Assembly (NCBI GenBank): GCA_964276515.1
Contig: OZ193909.1
Location: 10,044,001 to 10,108,000 of the forward strand
DNA: 64,000 bases
Source of the DNA: Gordius albopunctatus
Taxonomy: Eukaryota
Reading direction: 5' to 3'
Part shown: positions 1-13,400 of the stretch, in pieces
How positions within the stretch are numbered: position 1 is the stretch's first letter
Layout: each line of letters begins with the position of its first letter
The notes under the pieces: generated by a model
What the model was told of the DNA's origin: nothing
Databases searched by the model: none
Seen by the model: the letters and a program-made list of their open reading frames with translations, nothing else
Made by a program: the position numbers and the translations under genes

Positions 1-175
1 CTTATCATGAAAATCACGTCTGAAAATAACAACTTTCATCGGATGAATATGGTTTAATGGAAATAATTTTAAATATTTTTAGCTAAAAAAATATTTTTTT
101 TGTTATTTTATGTAAAAGAGCTTGAAAAAATATATAAAAGTAAGCTAATTTTAGATTCCTATTAATCTCGATCGA

Positions 176-512
176 CTCCTTATAAGAAGTTTTAAGCTGC
201 GAGAACTATCATTTTGAGGAAAGACAACGTTATATTGTTGCGATTATCATCGCGACGATAGTGCTGAATTTTTGAAACATGACATATGCGATGATTATTT
301 CAAAGTAATAGTTATCTAATTGTGATAAATTTTTACTTCTTATCATGGAAATCACGTCTAAAAATAACAACTTTCATCGGATGAATATGGGTTAATGGAA
401 ATAATTTTAAATATTTTGAGCTAAAAAAATATATTTTTTGTTATTTTATGTAAAAGAGCTTGAAAAATATATAAAAGTAAGCTAATTTGAAAATCCTATT
501 AATCTCGATCGA
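176..512. repeat. Representative short-type monomer (~337 bp, lacks GTTTGTT)
   Basis: Reads GCGATTATCATCGC at 240-253, where long monomers read GCGATTAGTTTGTTTCATCGC. Confidence 0.93.
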
Positions 513-1019
513 CTCCTTATAATAAGTTTTAAGCTGCGAGAACTATCATTTTGAGGAAAGACAACGTTATATTGTTGCGATTATCATCGCGACGATAGTG
601 CTGAATTTTTGAAACATGCTATATGCGATGATTATTTCAAAGTAATAGTTATCTAATTGTGATAAATTTTTACTTCTTATGATGGAATACACGTCTGAAA
701 ATAACAACTTTCATCGGATGAATATGGTTTAATGGAAATAATTTTAAATATTTTGAGCTAAAAAACGATATTTTTTGTTATTTTATGTAAAAGAGCTTGA
801 AAAAATATGTAAAAGTAAGCTAATTTGAGATTCATATTAATCTCGATCGACTCCTTATAAGAAGTTTTAATCTGCGAAAACTATTATTTTGAGGAAAGAC
901 AACGTTATATTGTTGCGATTATCATCGCGACGAGAGTGCTGAATTTTTGAAACATGCTATATGCGATGATTATTTCAAAGTAATAGTTATCTAATTGTGA
1001 TAAATTTTTACTTCTTATG

Positions 1020-3820
1020 ATGGAATACACGTCTGAAAATAACAACTTTCATCGGATCAATATGGTTTAATGGAAATAATTTTAAATATTTTGAGCTAAA
1101 AAACGATATTTTTTGTTATTTTATGTAAAAGAGCTTGAAAAAATATGTAAAAGTAAGCTAATTTGAGATTCCTATTAATCTCGATCGACTCCTTATAAGA
1201 AGTTTTAAGCTGCGAGAACTATCATTTTGAGGAAAGACAACGTTATATTGTTGCGATTAGTTTGTTTCATCGCGACGAGAGTGCTGAATTTTTGAAACAT
1301 GCTATATGCGATGATTATTTCAAAGTAATAGTTATCTAATTGTGATAAATTTTTACTTCTTATCATAGAATACACGTCTGAAAATAACAACTTTCATCGG
1401 ATGAATATGGTTTAATGGAAATATATTTAAATATTTTGAGCTAAAAAACGATATTTTTTGTTATTTTATGAAAAAGAGCTTGAAAAAATATATAAAAGTA
1501 AGCTAATTTGAGATTCCTATTAATCTCAATCGACTCCTTATAAGAAGTTTTAAGCTGCGAGAACTATCATTTTGAGGAAAGACAACGTTATATTGTTGCG
1601 ATTATCATCGCGACGATAGTGCTAAATTTTTGAAGCATGACATATGCGATGATTATTTCAAAGTAATAGTTATCTAATTGTGATAAATTTTTACTTCTTA
1701 TCATGGAAATCCCCTCTGAAAATAACAACTTTCATCGGATGAATATGGTTTAATGGAAATAATTTTTAATATTTTGAGCTGAAAAATATATTTTTTGTTA
1801 TTTTATGTAAAAGAGCTTGAAAAAATATATAAAAGTAAGCTAATTTGAGATTCCTTTTAATCTCGATCGACTCCTTATAAGAAGTTTTAAGCTGCGAGAA
1901 CTATCATTTTGAGGAAAGACAACGTTATATTGTTGCGATTAGTTTGTTTCATCGCGACGAGAGTGCTGAATTTTTGAAACATGCTATATGCGATGATTAT
2001 TTCAAAGTAATAGTTATCTAATTGTGATAAATTTTTACTTCTTATCATGGAATACACGTCTAAAAATAACAACTTTCATCGGATGAATATGGTTTAATGG
2101 AAATAATTTTAATTATTTTGAGCTGAAAAATATATTTTTAGTTATTTTGTGTAAAAGAGCTTGAAAAAATATATAAAAGTATGCTAATTTGAGATTCCTA
2201 TTAATCTCGATCGACTCCTTATAAGAAGTTTTAATCTGCGAAAACTATCATTTTGTTGAGAGACAACGTTATATTGTTGCGATTAGTTTGTTTCATCGCG
2301 ACGAGACTGCTGAATTTTTGAAACATGCTATATGCGATGATTATTTCAAAGTAATAGTTATCTAATTGTGATAAATTTTTACTTCTTATCATGGAAATCA
2401 CGTCTGAAAATAACAACTTTCATCGGATGAATATGGTTTAATGGAAATAATTTTAAATATTTTGAGCTAAAAAAATATATTTTTTGTTATTTTATGTAAA
2501 AGAGCTTGAAAAAATATATAGAAGTAAGCTAATTTGAGATTCCTATTAATCTCGATCGACTCCTTATAAGAAGTTTTAAGCTGCGAGAACTATCATTTTG
2601 AGGAAAGACAACGTTATATTGTTGCGATTAGTTTGTTTCATCGCGACGAGACTGCTGAATTTTTGAAACAAGCTATATGCGATGATTATTTCAAAGTAAT
2701 AGTTATCTAATTGTGATAAATTTTTACTTCTTATCATGGAATACACGTCTGAAAATAACAACTTTCATCGGATCAATATGTGTTAATGGAAATATTTTAA
2801 ATATTTTGAGCTAAAAAAATATATTTTTTGTTATTTTATGTAAAAGAGCTTGAAAAAATATATAGAAGTAAGCTAATTTGAGATTCCTATTAATCTCGAT
2901 CGACTCCTTATAAGAAGTTTTAAGCTGCGAGAACTATCATTTTGAGGAAAGACAACGTTATATTGTTGCGATTAGTTTGTTTCATCGCGACGAGACTGCT
3001 GAATTTTTGAAACAAGCTATATGCGATGATTATTTCAAAGTAATAGTTATCTAATTGTGATAAATTTTTACTTCTTATGATGGAATACACGTCTGAAAAT
3101 AACAACTTTCATCGGATGAATATGGTTTAATGGAAATAATTTTAAATATTTTGAGCTAAAAAACGATATTTTTTGTTATTTTATGTAAAAGAGCTTGAAA
3201 AAATATGTAAAAGTAAGCTAATTTGAGATTCCTATTAATCTCGATCGACTCCTTATAAGAAGTTTTAAGCTGCGAGAACTATCATTTTGAGGAAAGACAA
3301 CGTTATATTGTTGCGATTAGTTTGTTTCATCGCGACGAGAGTGCTGAATTTTTGAAACATGCTATATGCGATGATTATTTCAAAGTAATAGTTATCTAAT
3401 TGTGATAAATTTTTACTTCTTATCATAGAATACACGTCTGAAAATAACAACTTTCATCGGATGAATATGGTTTAATGGAAATATATTTAAATATTTTGAG
3501 CTAAAAAACGATATTTTTTGTTATTTTATGAAAAAGAGCTTGAAAAAATATATAAAAGTAAGCTAATTTGAGATTCCTATTAATCTCGATCGACTCCTTA
3601 TAAGAAGTTTTAAGCTGCGAGAACTATCATTTTGAGGAAAGACAACGTTATATTGTTGCGATTATCATCGCGACGATAGTGCTAAATTTTTGAAGCATGA
3701 CATATGCGATGATTATTTCAAAGTAATAGTTATCTAATTGTGATAAATTTTTACTTCTTATCATGGAAATCCCCTCTGAAAATAACAACTTTCATCGGAT
3801 GAATATGGTTTAATGGAAAT
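1020..3820. repeat. Local duplication at 6-monomer spacing (2060 bp): ~1020-1760 matches ~3080-3820
   Basis: ORFs at 1205 and 3265 are 2060 apart. Rare variants ATATATTTAA, TATGAAAAAGAG, GCTAAATTTTTGAAGCATGACAT and CCCCTCTG (~1711 and ~3771) recur at that offset. Confidence 0.85.
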
Positions 3821-4429
3821 AATTTTAAATATTTTGAGCTAAAAAAATATATTTATTGTTATTTTATGTAAAAGAGCTTGAAAAAATATATAAAAGTAAG
3901 CTAATTTGAGATTCCTATTAATCTCGATCGACTCCTTATAAGAAGTTTTAAGCTGCGAGAACTATCATTTTGAGGAAAGACAACGTTATATTGTTGCGAT
4001 TATCATCGCGACGAGAGTGCTAAATTTTTGAAACATGCTATATGCGATGATTATTTCAAAGTAATAGTTATCTAATTGTGATAAATTTTTACTTCTTATC
4101 ATGGAATACACGTCTGAAAATAACAACTTTCATCGGATCAATATGTGTTAATGGAAATAATTTTTAATATTTTGAGCTGAAAAATATATTTTTTGTTATT
4201 TTATGTAAAAGAGCTTAAAAAAATATATAAAAGTAAGCTAATTTGAGATTCCTTTTAATCTCGATCGACTCCTTATAAGAAGTTTTAAGCTGCGAGAACT
4301 ATCATTTTGAGGAAAGACAACGTTATATTGTTGCGATTAGTTTGTTTCATCGCGACGAGAGTGCTGAATTTTTGAAACATGCTATATGCGATGATTATTT
4401 CAAAGTAATAGTTATCTAATTGTGATAAA

Positions 4430-7400
4430 TTTATACTTCTTATCATGAAAATCACGTCTGAAAATAACAACTTTCATCGGATGAATATGGTTTAATGGAA
4501 ATAATTTTAATTATTTTTAGCTAAAAAATATTTTTTTTGTTATTTTATGTAAAAGAGCTTGAAAAAATATATAAAAGTAAGCTAATTTGAGATTCCTATT
4601 AATCTCGATCCACTCCTTATAAGAAGTTTTAAGCTGCGAGAACTATCATTTTGAGGAAAGACAACGTTATATTGTTGCGATTAGTTTGTTTCATCGCGAC
4701 GAGAGTGCTGAATTTTTGAAACATGCTATATGCGATGATTATTTCAAAGTAATAGTTATCTAATTGTGATAAATTTTTACTTCTTATCATGAAAATCACG
4801 TCTGAAAATAACAACTTTCATCGGATGAATATGGTTTAATGGAAAAAATTTTAAATATTTTTAGCTAAAAAAATATTTTTTTTGTTATTTTATGTAAAAG
4901 AGCTTGAAAAAATATATAAAAGTAAGCTAATTTGAGATTCCTATTAATCTCGATCGACTCCTTATAAGAAGTTTAAAGCTGCGAGAACTATCATTTTGAG
5001 GAAAGTTAACGTTATATTGTTGCGATTAGTTTGTTTCATCGCGACGAGAGTGCTGAATTTTTGAAACATGCTATATGCGATGATTATTTCAAAGTAATAT
5101 TTATCTAATTGTGATAAATTTTTACTTCTTATCATAGAATACACGTCTGAAAATAACAACTTTCATCGGATGAATATGGTTTAATGGAAATAATTTTAAA
5201 TATTTTGAGCTGAAAAATATTATTTTTGTTATTTTGTGTAAAAGAGCTTGAAAAAATATATAAAAGTATGCGAATTTGAGATTCCTATTAATCTCGATTG
5301 ACTCCTTATAAGAAGTTTTAAGCTGCGAGAACTATCATTTTGAGGAAAGACAACGTTATATTGTTGCGATTAGTTTGTTTCATCGCGACGAGAGTGCTGA
5401 ATTTTTGAAACATGCTATATGCGATGATTATTTCAAAGTAATAGTTATCTAATTGTGATAAATTTTAACTTCTTATCATGAAAATCACGTCTGAAAATAA
5501 CAACTTTCATCGGATGAATATGGTTTAATGGAAATAATTTTAAATATTTTGAGCTGAAAAATATATTTTTAGTTATTTTGTGTAAAAGAGCTTGAAAAAA
5601 TATATAAAAGTATGCTAATTTGAGATTCCTATTAATCTCGATCGACTCCTTATAAGAAGTTTTAATCTGCGAAAACTATCATTTTGAGGAAAGACAACGT
5701 TATATTGTTGCGATTAGTTTGTTTCATCGCGACGAGAGTGCTGAATTTTTGAAACATGCTATATGCGATGATTATTTCAAAGTAATAGTTATCTAATTGT
5801 GATAAATTTTTACTTCTTATCATGAAAATCACGTCTGAAAATAACAACTTTCATCGGATGAATATGGTTTAATGGAAATAATTTTAAATATTTTGAGCTA
5901 AAAAACGATATTTTTTGTTATTTTATGTAAAAGAGCTTGAAAAAATATATAAAAGTAAGCTAATTTGAAAATCCTATTAATCTCGATCGACTCCTTATAA
6001 TAAGTTTTAAGCTGCGAGAACTATCATTTTGAGGAAAGACAACGTTATATTGTTGCGATTATCATCGCGACGATAGTGCTGAATTTTTGAAACATGCTAT
6101 ATGCGATGATTATTTCAAAGTAATAGTTATCTAATTGTGATAAATTTTTACTTCTTATCATGAAAATCACGTCTGAAAATAACAACTTTCATCGGATGAA
6201 TATGGTTTAATGGAAATAATTTTAAATATTTTGAGCTGAAAAATATTATTTTTGTTATTTTGTGTAAAAGAGCTTGAAAAAATATATAAAAGTAAGCTAA
6301 TTTGAAAATCCTATTAATCTCGATCGACTCCTTATAATAAGTTTTAAGCTGCGAGAACTATCATTTTGAGGAAAGACAACGTTATATTGTTGCGATTATC
6401 ATCGCGACGATAGTGCTGAATTTTTGAAACATGCTATATGCGATGATTATTTCAAAGTAATAGTTATCTAATTGTGATAAATTTTTACTTCTTATCATGA
6501 AAATCACGTCTGAAAATAACAACTTTCATCGGATGAATATGGTTTAATGGAAATAATTTTAAATATTTTGAGCTGAAAAATATTATTTTTGTTATTTTGT
6601 GTAAAAGAGCTTGAAAAAATATATAAAAGTATGCTAATTTGAGATTCCTATTAATCTCGATCGACTCCTTATAAGAAGTTTTAAGCTGCGAGAACTATCA
6701 TTTTGAGGAAAGACAACGTTATATTGTTGCGATTAGTTTGTTTCATCGCGACGAGAGTGCTGAATTTTTGAAACATGCTATATGCGATGATTATTTCAAA
6801 GTAATATTTATCTAATTGTGATAAATTTTTACTTCTTATCATGAAAATCACGTCTGAAAATAACAACTTTCATCGGATGAATATGGTTTAATGGAAATAA
6901 TTTTAAATATTTTGAGCTGAAAAATATTATTTTTGTTATTTTGTGTAAAAGAGCTTGAAAAAATATATAAAAGTAAGCTAATTTGAGATTCCTATTAATC
7001 TCGATCGACTCCTTATAAGAAGTTTTAAGCTGCGAGAACTATCATTTTGAGGAAAGACAACGTTATATTGTTGCGATTAGTTTGTTTCATCGCGACGATA
7101 GTGCTGAATTTTTGAAACATGCTATATGCGATGATTATTTCAAAGTAATAGTTATCTAATTGTGATAAATTTTTACTTCTTATCATGAAAATCACGTCTG
7201 AAAATAACAACTTTCATCGGATGAATATGGTTTAATGGAAATAATTTTAAATATTTTGAGCTGAAAAATATTATTTTTGTTATTTTGTGTAAAAGAGCTT
7301 GAAAAAATATATAAAAGTAAGCTAATTTGAGATTCCTATTAATCTCGATCGACTCCTTATAAGAAGTTTTAAGCTGCGAGAACTATCATTTTGAGGAAAG

Positions 7401-10400
7401 ACAACGTTATATTGTTGCGATTAGTTTGTTTCATCGCGACGATAGTGCTGAATTTTTGAAACATGCTATATGCGATGATTATTTCAAAGTAATAGTTATC
7501 TAATTGTGATAAATTTTTACTTCTTATCATGAAAATCACGTCTGAAAATAACAACTTTCATCGGATGAATATGGTTTAATGGAAATAATTTTAAATATTT
7601 TGAGCTGAAAAATATTATTTTTGTTATTTTGTGTAAAAGAGCTTGAAAAAATATGTAAAAGTAAATAATTTGAGATTCATATTAATCTCGATCGACTCCT
7701 TATAAGAAGTTTTAATCTGCGAAAACTATCATTTTGAGGAAAGACAACGTTATATTGTTGCGATTAGTTTGTTTCATCGCGACGAGAGTGCTGAATTTTT
7801 GAAACATGCTATATGCGATGATTATTTCAAAGTAATAGTTATCTAATTGTGATAAATTTTTACTTCTTATCATGAAAATCACGTCTGAAAATAACAACTT
7901 TCATCGGATGAATATGGTTTAATGGAAATAATTTTAAATATTTTGAGCTGAAAAATATTATTTTTGTTATTTTGTGTAAAAGAGCTTGAAAAAATATATA
8001 AAAGTAAGCTAATTTGAGATTCCTATTAATCTCGATCGACTCCTTATAAGAAGTTTAAAGCTGCGAGAACTATCATTTTGAGGAAAGACAACGTTATATT
8101 GTTGCGATTAGTTTGTTTCATCGCGACGAGACTGCTGAATTTTTGAAACATGCTATATGCGATGATTATTTCAAAGTAATAGTTATCTAATTGTGATAAA
8201 TTTTTACTTCTTATCATGAAAATCACGTTAAAAAATAACAACTCTTATCGGATGAATATGGTTTAATGGAAATAATTTTAAATATTTTTAGCTAAAAAAA
8301 TATTTTTTTTGTTATTTTATGTAAAAGAGCTTGAAAAAATATATAAAAGTAAGCTAATTTGAGATTCCTATTAATCTCGATCGACTCCTTATAAGAAGTT
8401 TTAATCTGCGAAAACTATCATTTTGAGGAAAGACAACGTTATGTTGTTGCGATTAGTTTGTTTCATCGCGACGAGAGTGCTGAATTTTTGAAACATGCTA
8501 TATGCGATGATTATTTCAAAGTAATAGTTATCTAATTGTGATAAATTTTTACTTCTTATCATGAAAATCACGTTAAAAAATAACAACTCTTATCGGATGA
8601 ATATGGTTTAATGGAAATAATTTTAAATATTTTTAGCTAAAAAAATATTTTTTTTGTTATTTTATGTAAAAGAGCTTGAAAAAATATATAAAAGTAAGCT
8701 ATCTTGAGATTCCTATTAATCTCGATCGACTCCTTATAAGAAGTTTAAAGCTGCGAGAACTATCATTTTGAGGAAAGACAACGTTATATTGTTGCGATTA
8801 GTTTGTTTCATCGCGACGAGACTGCTGAATTTTTGAAACATGCTATATGCGATGATTATTTCAAAGTAATAGTTATCTAATTGTGATAAATTTTTACTTC
8901 TTATCATGGAATACACGTCTGAAAATAACAACTTTCATCGGATGAATATGGTTTAATGGAAATAATTTTAAATATTTTGAGCTGAAAAATATATTTTTTG
9001 TTATTTTGTGTAAAAGAGCTTGAAAAAATATATAAAAGTATGCTAATTTGAGATTCATATTAATCTCGATCGACTCCTTATAATAAGTTTTAAGCTGCGA
9101 GAACTATCATTTTGAGGAAAGACAACGCTTTATTGTTGCGATTATCATCGCGACGAGAGTGCTGAATTTTTGAAACATGCTATATGCGATGATTATTTCA
9201 AAGTAATAGTTATCTAATTGTGATAAATTTATACTTCTTATCATGAAAATCACGTCTGAAAATAACAACTTTCATCGGATGAATATGGTTTAATGGAAAT
9301 AATTTTAATTATTTTTAGCTAAAAAATATTTTTTTTGTTATTTTATGTAAAAGAGCTTGAAAAAATATATAAAAGTAAGCTAATTTGAGATTCCTATTAA
9401 TCTCGATCCACTCCTTATAAGAAGTTTTAAGCTGCGAGAACTATCATTTTGAGGAAAGACAACGTTATATTGTTGCGATTAGTTTGTTTCATCGCGACGA
9501 GAGTGCTGAATTTTTGAAACATGCTATATGCGATGATTATTTCAAAGTAATAGTTATCTAATTGTGATAAATTTTTACTTCTTATCATGAAAATCACGTC
9601 TGAAAATAACAACTTTCATCGGATGAATATGGTTTAATGGAAAAAATTTTAAATATTTTTAGCTAAAAAAATATTTTTTTTGTTATTTTATGTAAAAGAG
9701 CTTGAAAAAATATATAAAAGTAAGCTAATTTGAGATTCCTATTAATCTCGATCGACTCCTTATAAGAAGTTTAAAGCTGCGAGAACTATCATTTTGAGGA
9801 AAGTTAACGTTATATTGTTGCGATTAGTTTGTTTCATCGCGACGAGAGTGCTGAATTTTTGAAACATGCTATATGCGATGATTATTTCAAAGTAATATTT
9901 ATCTAATTGTGATAAATTTTTACTTCTTATCATAGAATACACGTCTGAAAATAACAACTTTCATCGGATGAATATGGTTTAATGGAAATAATTTTAAATA
10001 TTTTGAGCTGAAAAATATTATTTTTGTTATTTTGTGTAAAAGAGCTTGAAAAAATATATAAAAGTATGCGAATTTGAGATTCCTATTAATCTCGATTGAC
10101 TCCTTATAAGAAGTTTTAAGCTGCGAGAACTATCATTTTGAGGAAAGACAACGTTATATTGTTGCGATTAGTTTGTTTCATCGCGACGAGAGTGCTGAAT
10201 TTTTGAAACATGCTATATGCGATGATTATTTCAAAGTAATAGTTATCTAATTGTGATAAATTTTAACTTCTTATCATGAAAATCACGTCTGAAAATAACA
10301 ACTTTCATCGGATGAATATGGTTTAATGGAAATAATTTTAAATATTTTGAGCTGAAAAATATATTTTTAGTTATTTTGTGTAAAAGAGCTTGAAAAAATA

Positions 10401-13400
10401 TATAAAAGTATGCTAATTTGAGATTCCTATTAATCTCGATCGACTCCTTATAATAAGTTTTAAGCTGCGAGAACTATCATTTTGAGGAAAGACAACGCTT
10501 TATTGTTGCGATTATCATCGCGACGAGAGTGCTGAATTTTTGAAACATGCTATATGCGATGATTATTTCAAAGTAATAGTTATCTAATTGTGATAAATTT
10601 ATACTTCTTATCATGAAAATCACGTCTGAAAATAACAACTTTCATCGGATGAATATGGTTTAATGGAAATAATTTTAATTATTTTTAGCTAAAAAATATT
10701 TTTTTTGTTATTTTATGTAAAAGAGCTTGAAAAAATATATAAAAGTAAGCTAATTTGAGATTCCTATTAATCTCGATCCACTCCTTATAAGAAGTTTTAA
10801 GCTGCGAGAACTATCATTTTGAGGAAAGACAACGTTATATTGTTGCGATTAGTTTGTTTCATCGCGACGAGAGTGCTGAATTTTTGAAACATGCTATATG
10901 CGATGATTATTTCAAAGTAATAGTTATCTAATTGTGATAAATTTTTACTTCTTATCATGAAAATCACGTCTGAAAATAACAACTTTCATCGGATGAATAT
11001 GGTTTAATGGAAATAATTTTAATTATTTTTAGCTAAAAAATATTTTTTTTGTTATTTTATGTAAAAGAGCTTGAAAAAATATATAAAAGTAAGCTAATTT
11101 GAGATTCCTATTAATCTCGATCCACTCCTTATAAGAAGTTTTAAGCTGCGAGAACTATCATTTTGAGGAAAGACAACGTTATATTGTTGCGATTAGTTTG
11201 TTTCATCGCGACGAGAGTGCTGAATTTTTGAAACATGCTATATGCGATGATTATTTCAAAGTAATAGTTATCTAATTGTGATAAATTTTTACTTCTTATC
11301 ATGAAAATCACGTCTGAAAATAACAACTTTCATCGGATGAATATGGTTTAATGGAAAAAATTTTAAATATTTTTAGCTAAAAAAATATTTTTTTTGTTAT
11401 TTTATGTAAAAGAGCTTGAAAAAATATATAAAAGTAAGCTAATTTGAGATTCCTATTAATCTCGATCGACTCCTTATAAGAAGTTTAAAGCTGCGAGAAC
11501 TATCATTTTGAGGAAAGTTAACGTTATATTGTTGCGATTAGTTTGTTTCATCGCGACGAGAGTGCTGAATTTTTGAAACATGCTATATGCGATGATTATT
11601 TCAAAGTAATATTTATCTAATTGTGATAAATTTTTACTTCTTATCATAGAATACACGTCTGAAAATAACAACTTTCATCGGATGAATATGGTTTAATGGA
11701 AATAATTTTAAATATTTTGAGCTGAAAAATATTATTTTTGTTATTTTGTGTAAAAGAGCTTGAAAAAATATATAAAAGTATGCGAATTTGAGATTCCTAT
11801 TAATCTCGATTGACTCCTTATAAGAAGTTTTAAGCTGCGAGAACTATCATTTTGAGGAAAGACAACGTTATATTGTTGCGATTAGTTTGTTTCATCGCGA
11901 CGAGAGTGCTGAATTTTTGAAACATGCTATATGCGATGATTATTTCAAAGTAATAGTTATCTAATTGTGATAAATTTTAACTTCTTATCATGAAAATCAC
12001 GTCTGAAAATAACAACTTTCATCGGATGAATATGGTTTAATGGAAATAATTTTAAATATTTTGAGCTGAAAAATATATTTTTAGTTATTTTGTGTAAAAG
12101 AGCTTGAAAAAATATATAAAAGTATGCTAATTTGAGATTCCTATTAATCTCGATCGACTCCTTATAAGAAGTTTTAATCTGCGAAAACTATCATTTTGAG
12201 GAAAGACAACGTTATATTGTTGCGATTAGTTTGTTTCATCGCGACGAGAGTGCTGAATTTTTGAAACATGCTATATGCGATGATTATTTCAAAGTAATAG
12301 TTATCTAATTGTGATAAATTTTTACTTCTTATCATGAAAATCACGTCTGAAAATAACAACTTTCATCGGATGAATATGGTTTAATGGAAATAATTTTAAA
12401 TATTTTGAGCTAAAAAACGATATTTTTTGTTATTTTATGTAAAAGAGCTTGAAAAAATATATAAAAGTAAGCTAATTTGAAAATCCTATTAATCTCGATC
12501 GACTCCTTATAATAAGTTTTAAGCTGCGAGAACTATCATTTTGAGGAAAGACAACGTTATATTGTTGCGATTATCATCGCGACGATAGTGCTGAATTTTT
12601 GAAACATGCTATATGCGATGATTATTTCAAAGTAATAGTTATCTAATTGTGATAAATTTTTACTTCTTATCATGAAAATCACGTCTGAAAATAACAACTT
12701 TCATCGGATGAATATGGTTTAATGGAAATAATTTTAAATATTTTGAGCTGAAAAATATTATTTTTGTTATTTTGTGTAAAAGAGCTTGAAAAAATATATA
12801 AAAGTAAGCTAATTTGAAAATCCTATTAATCTCGATCGACTCCTTATAATAAGTTTTAAGCTGCGAGAACTATCATTTTGAGGAAAGACAACGTTATATT
12901 GTTGCGATTATCATCGCGACGATAGTGCTGAATTTTTGAAACATGCTATATGCGATGATTATTTCAAAGTAATAGTTATCTAATTGTGATAAATTTTTAC
13001 TTCTTATCATGAAAATCACGTCTGAAAATAACAACTTTCATCGGATGAATATGGTTTAATGGAAATAATTTTAAATATTTTGAGCTGAAAAATATTATTT
13101 TTGTTATTTTGTGTAAAAGAGCTTGAAAAAATATATAAAAGTATGCTAATTTGAGATTCCTATTAATCTCGATCGACTCCTTATAAGAAGTTTTAAGCTG
13201 CGAGAACTATCATTTTGAGGAAAGACAACGTTATATTGTTGCGATTAGTTTGTTTCATCGCGACGAGAGTGCTGAATTTTTGAAACATGCTATATGCGAT
13301 GATTATTTCAAAGTAATATTTATCTAATTGTGATAAATTTTTACTTCTTATCATGAAAATCACGTCTGAAAATAACAACTTTCATCGGATGAATATGGTT

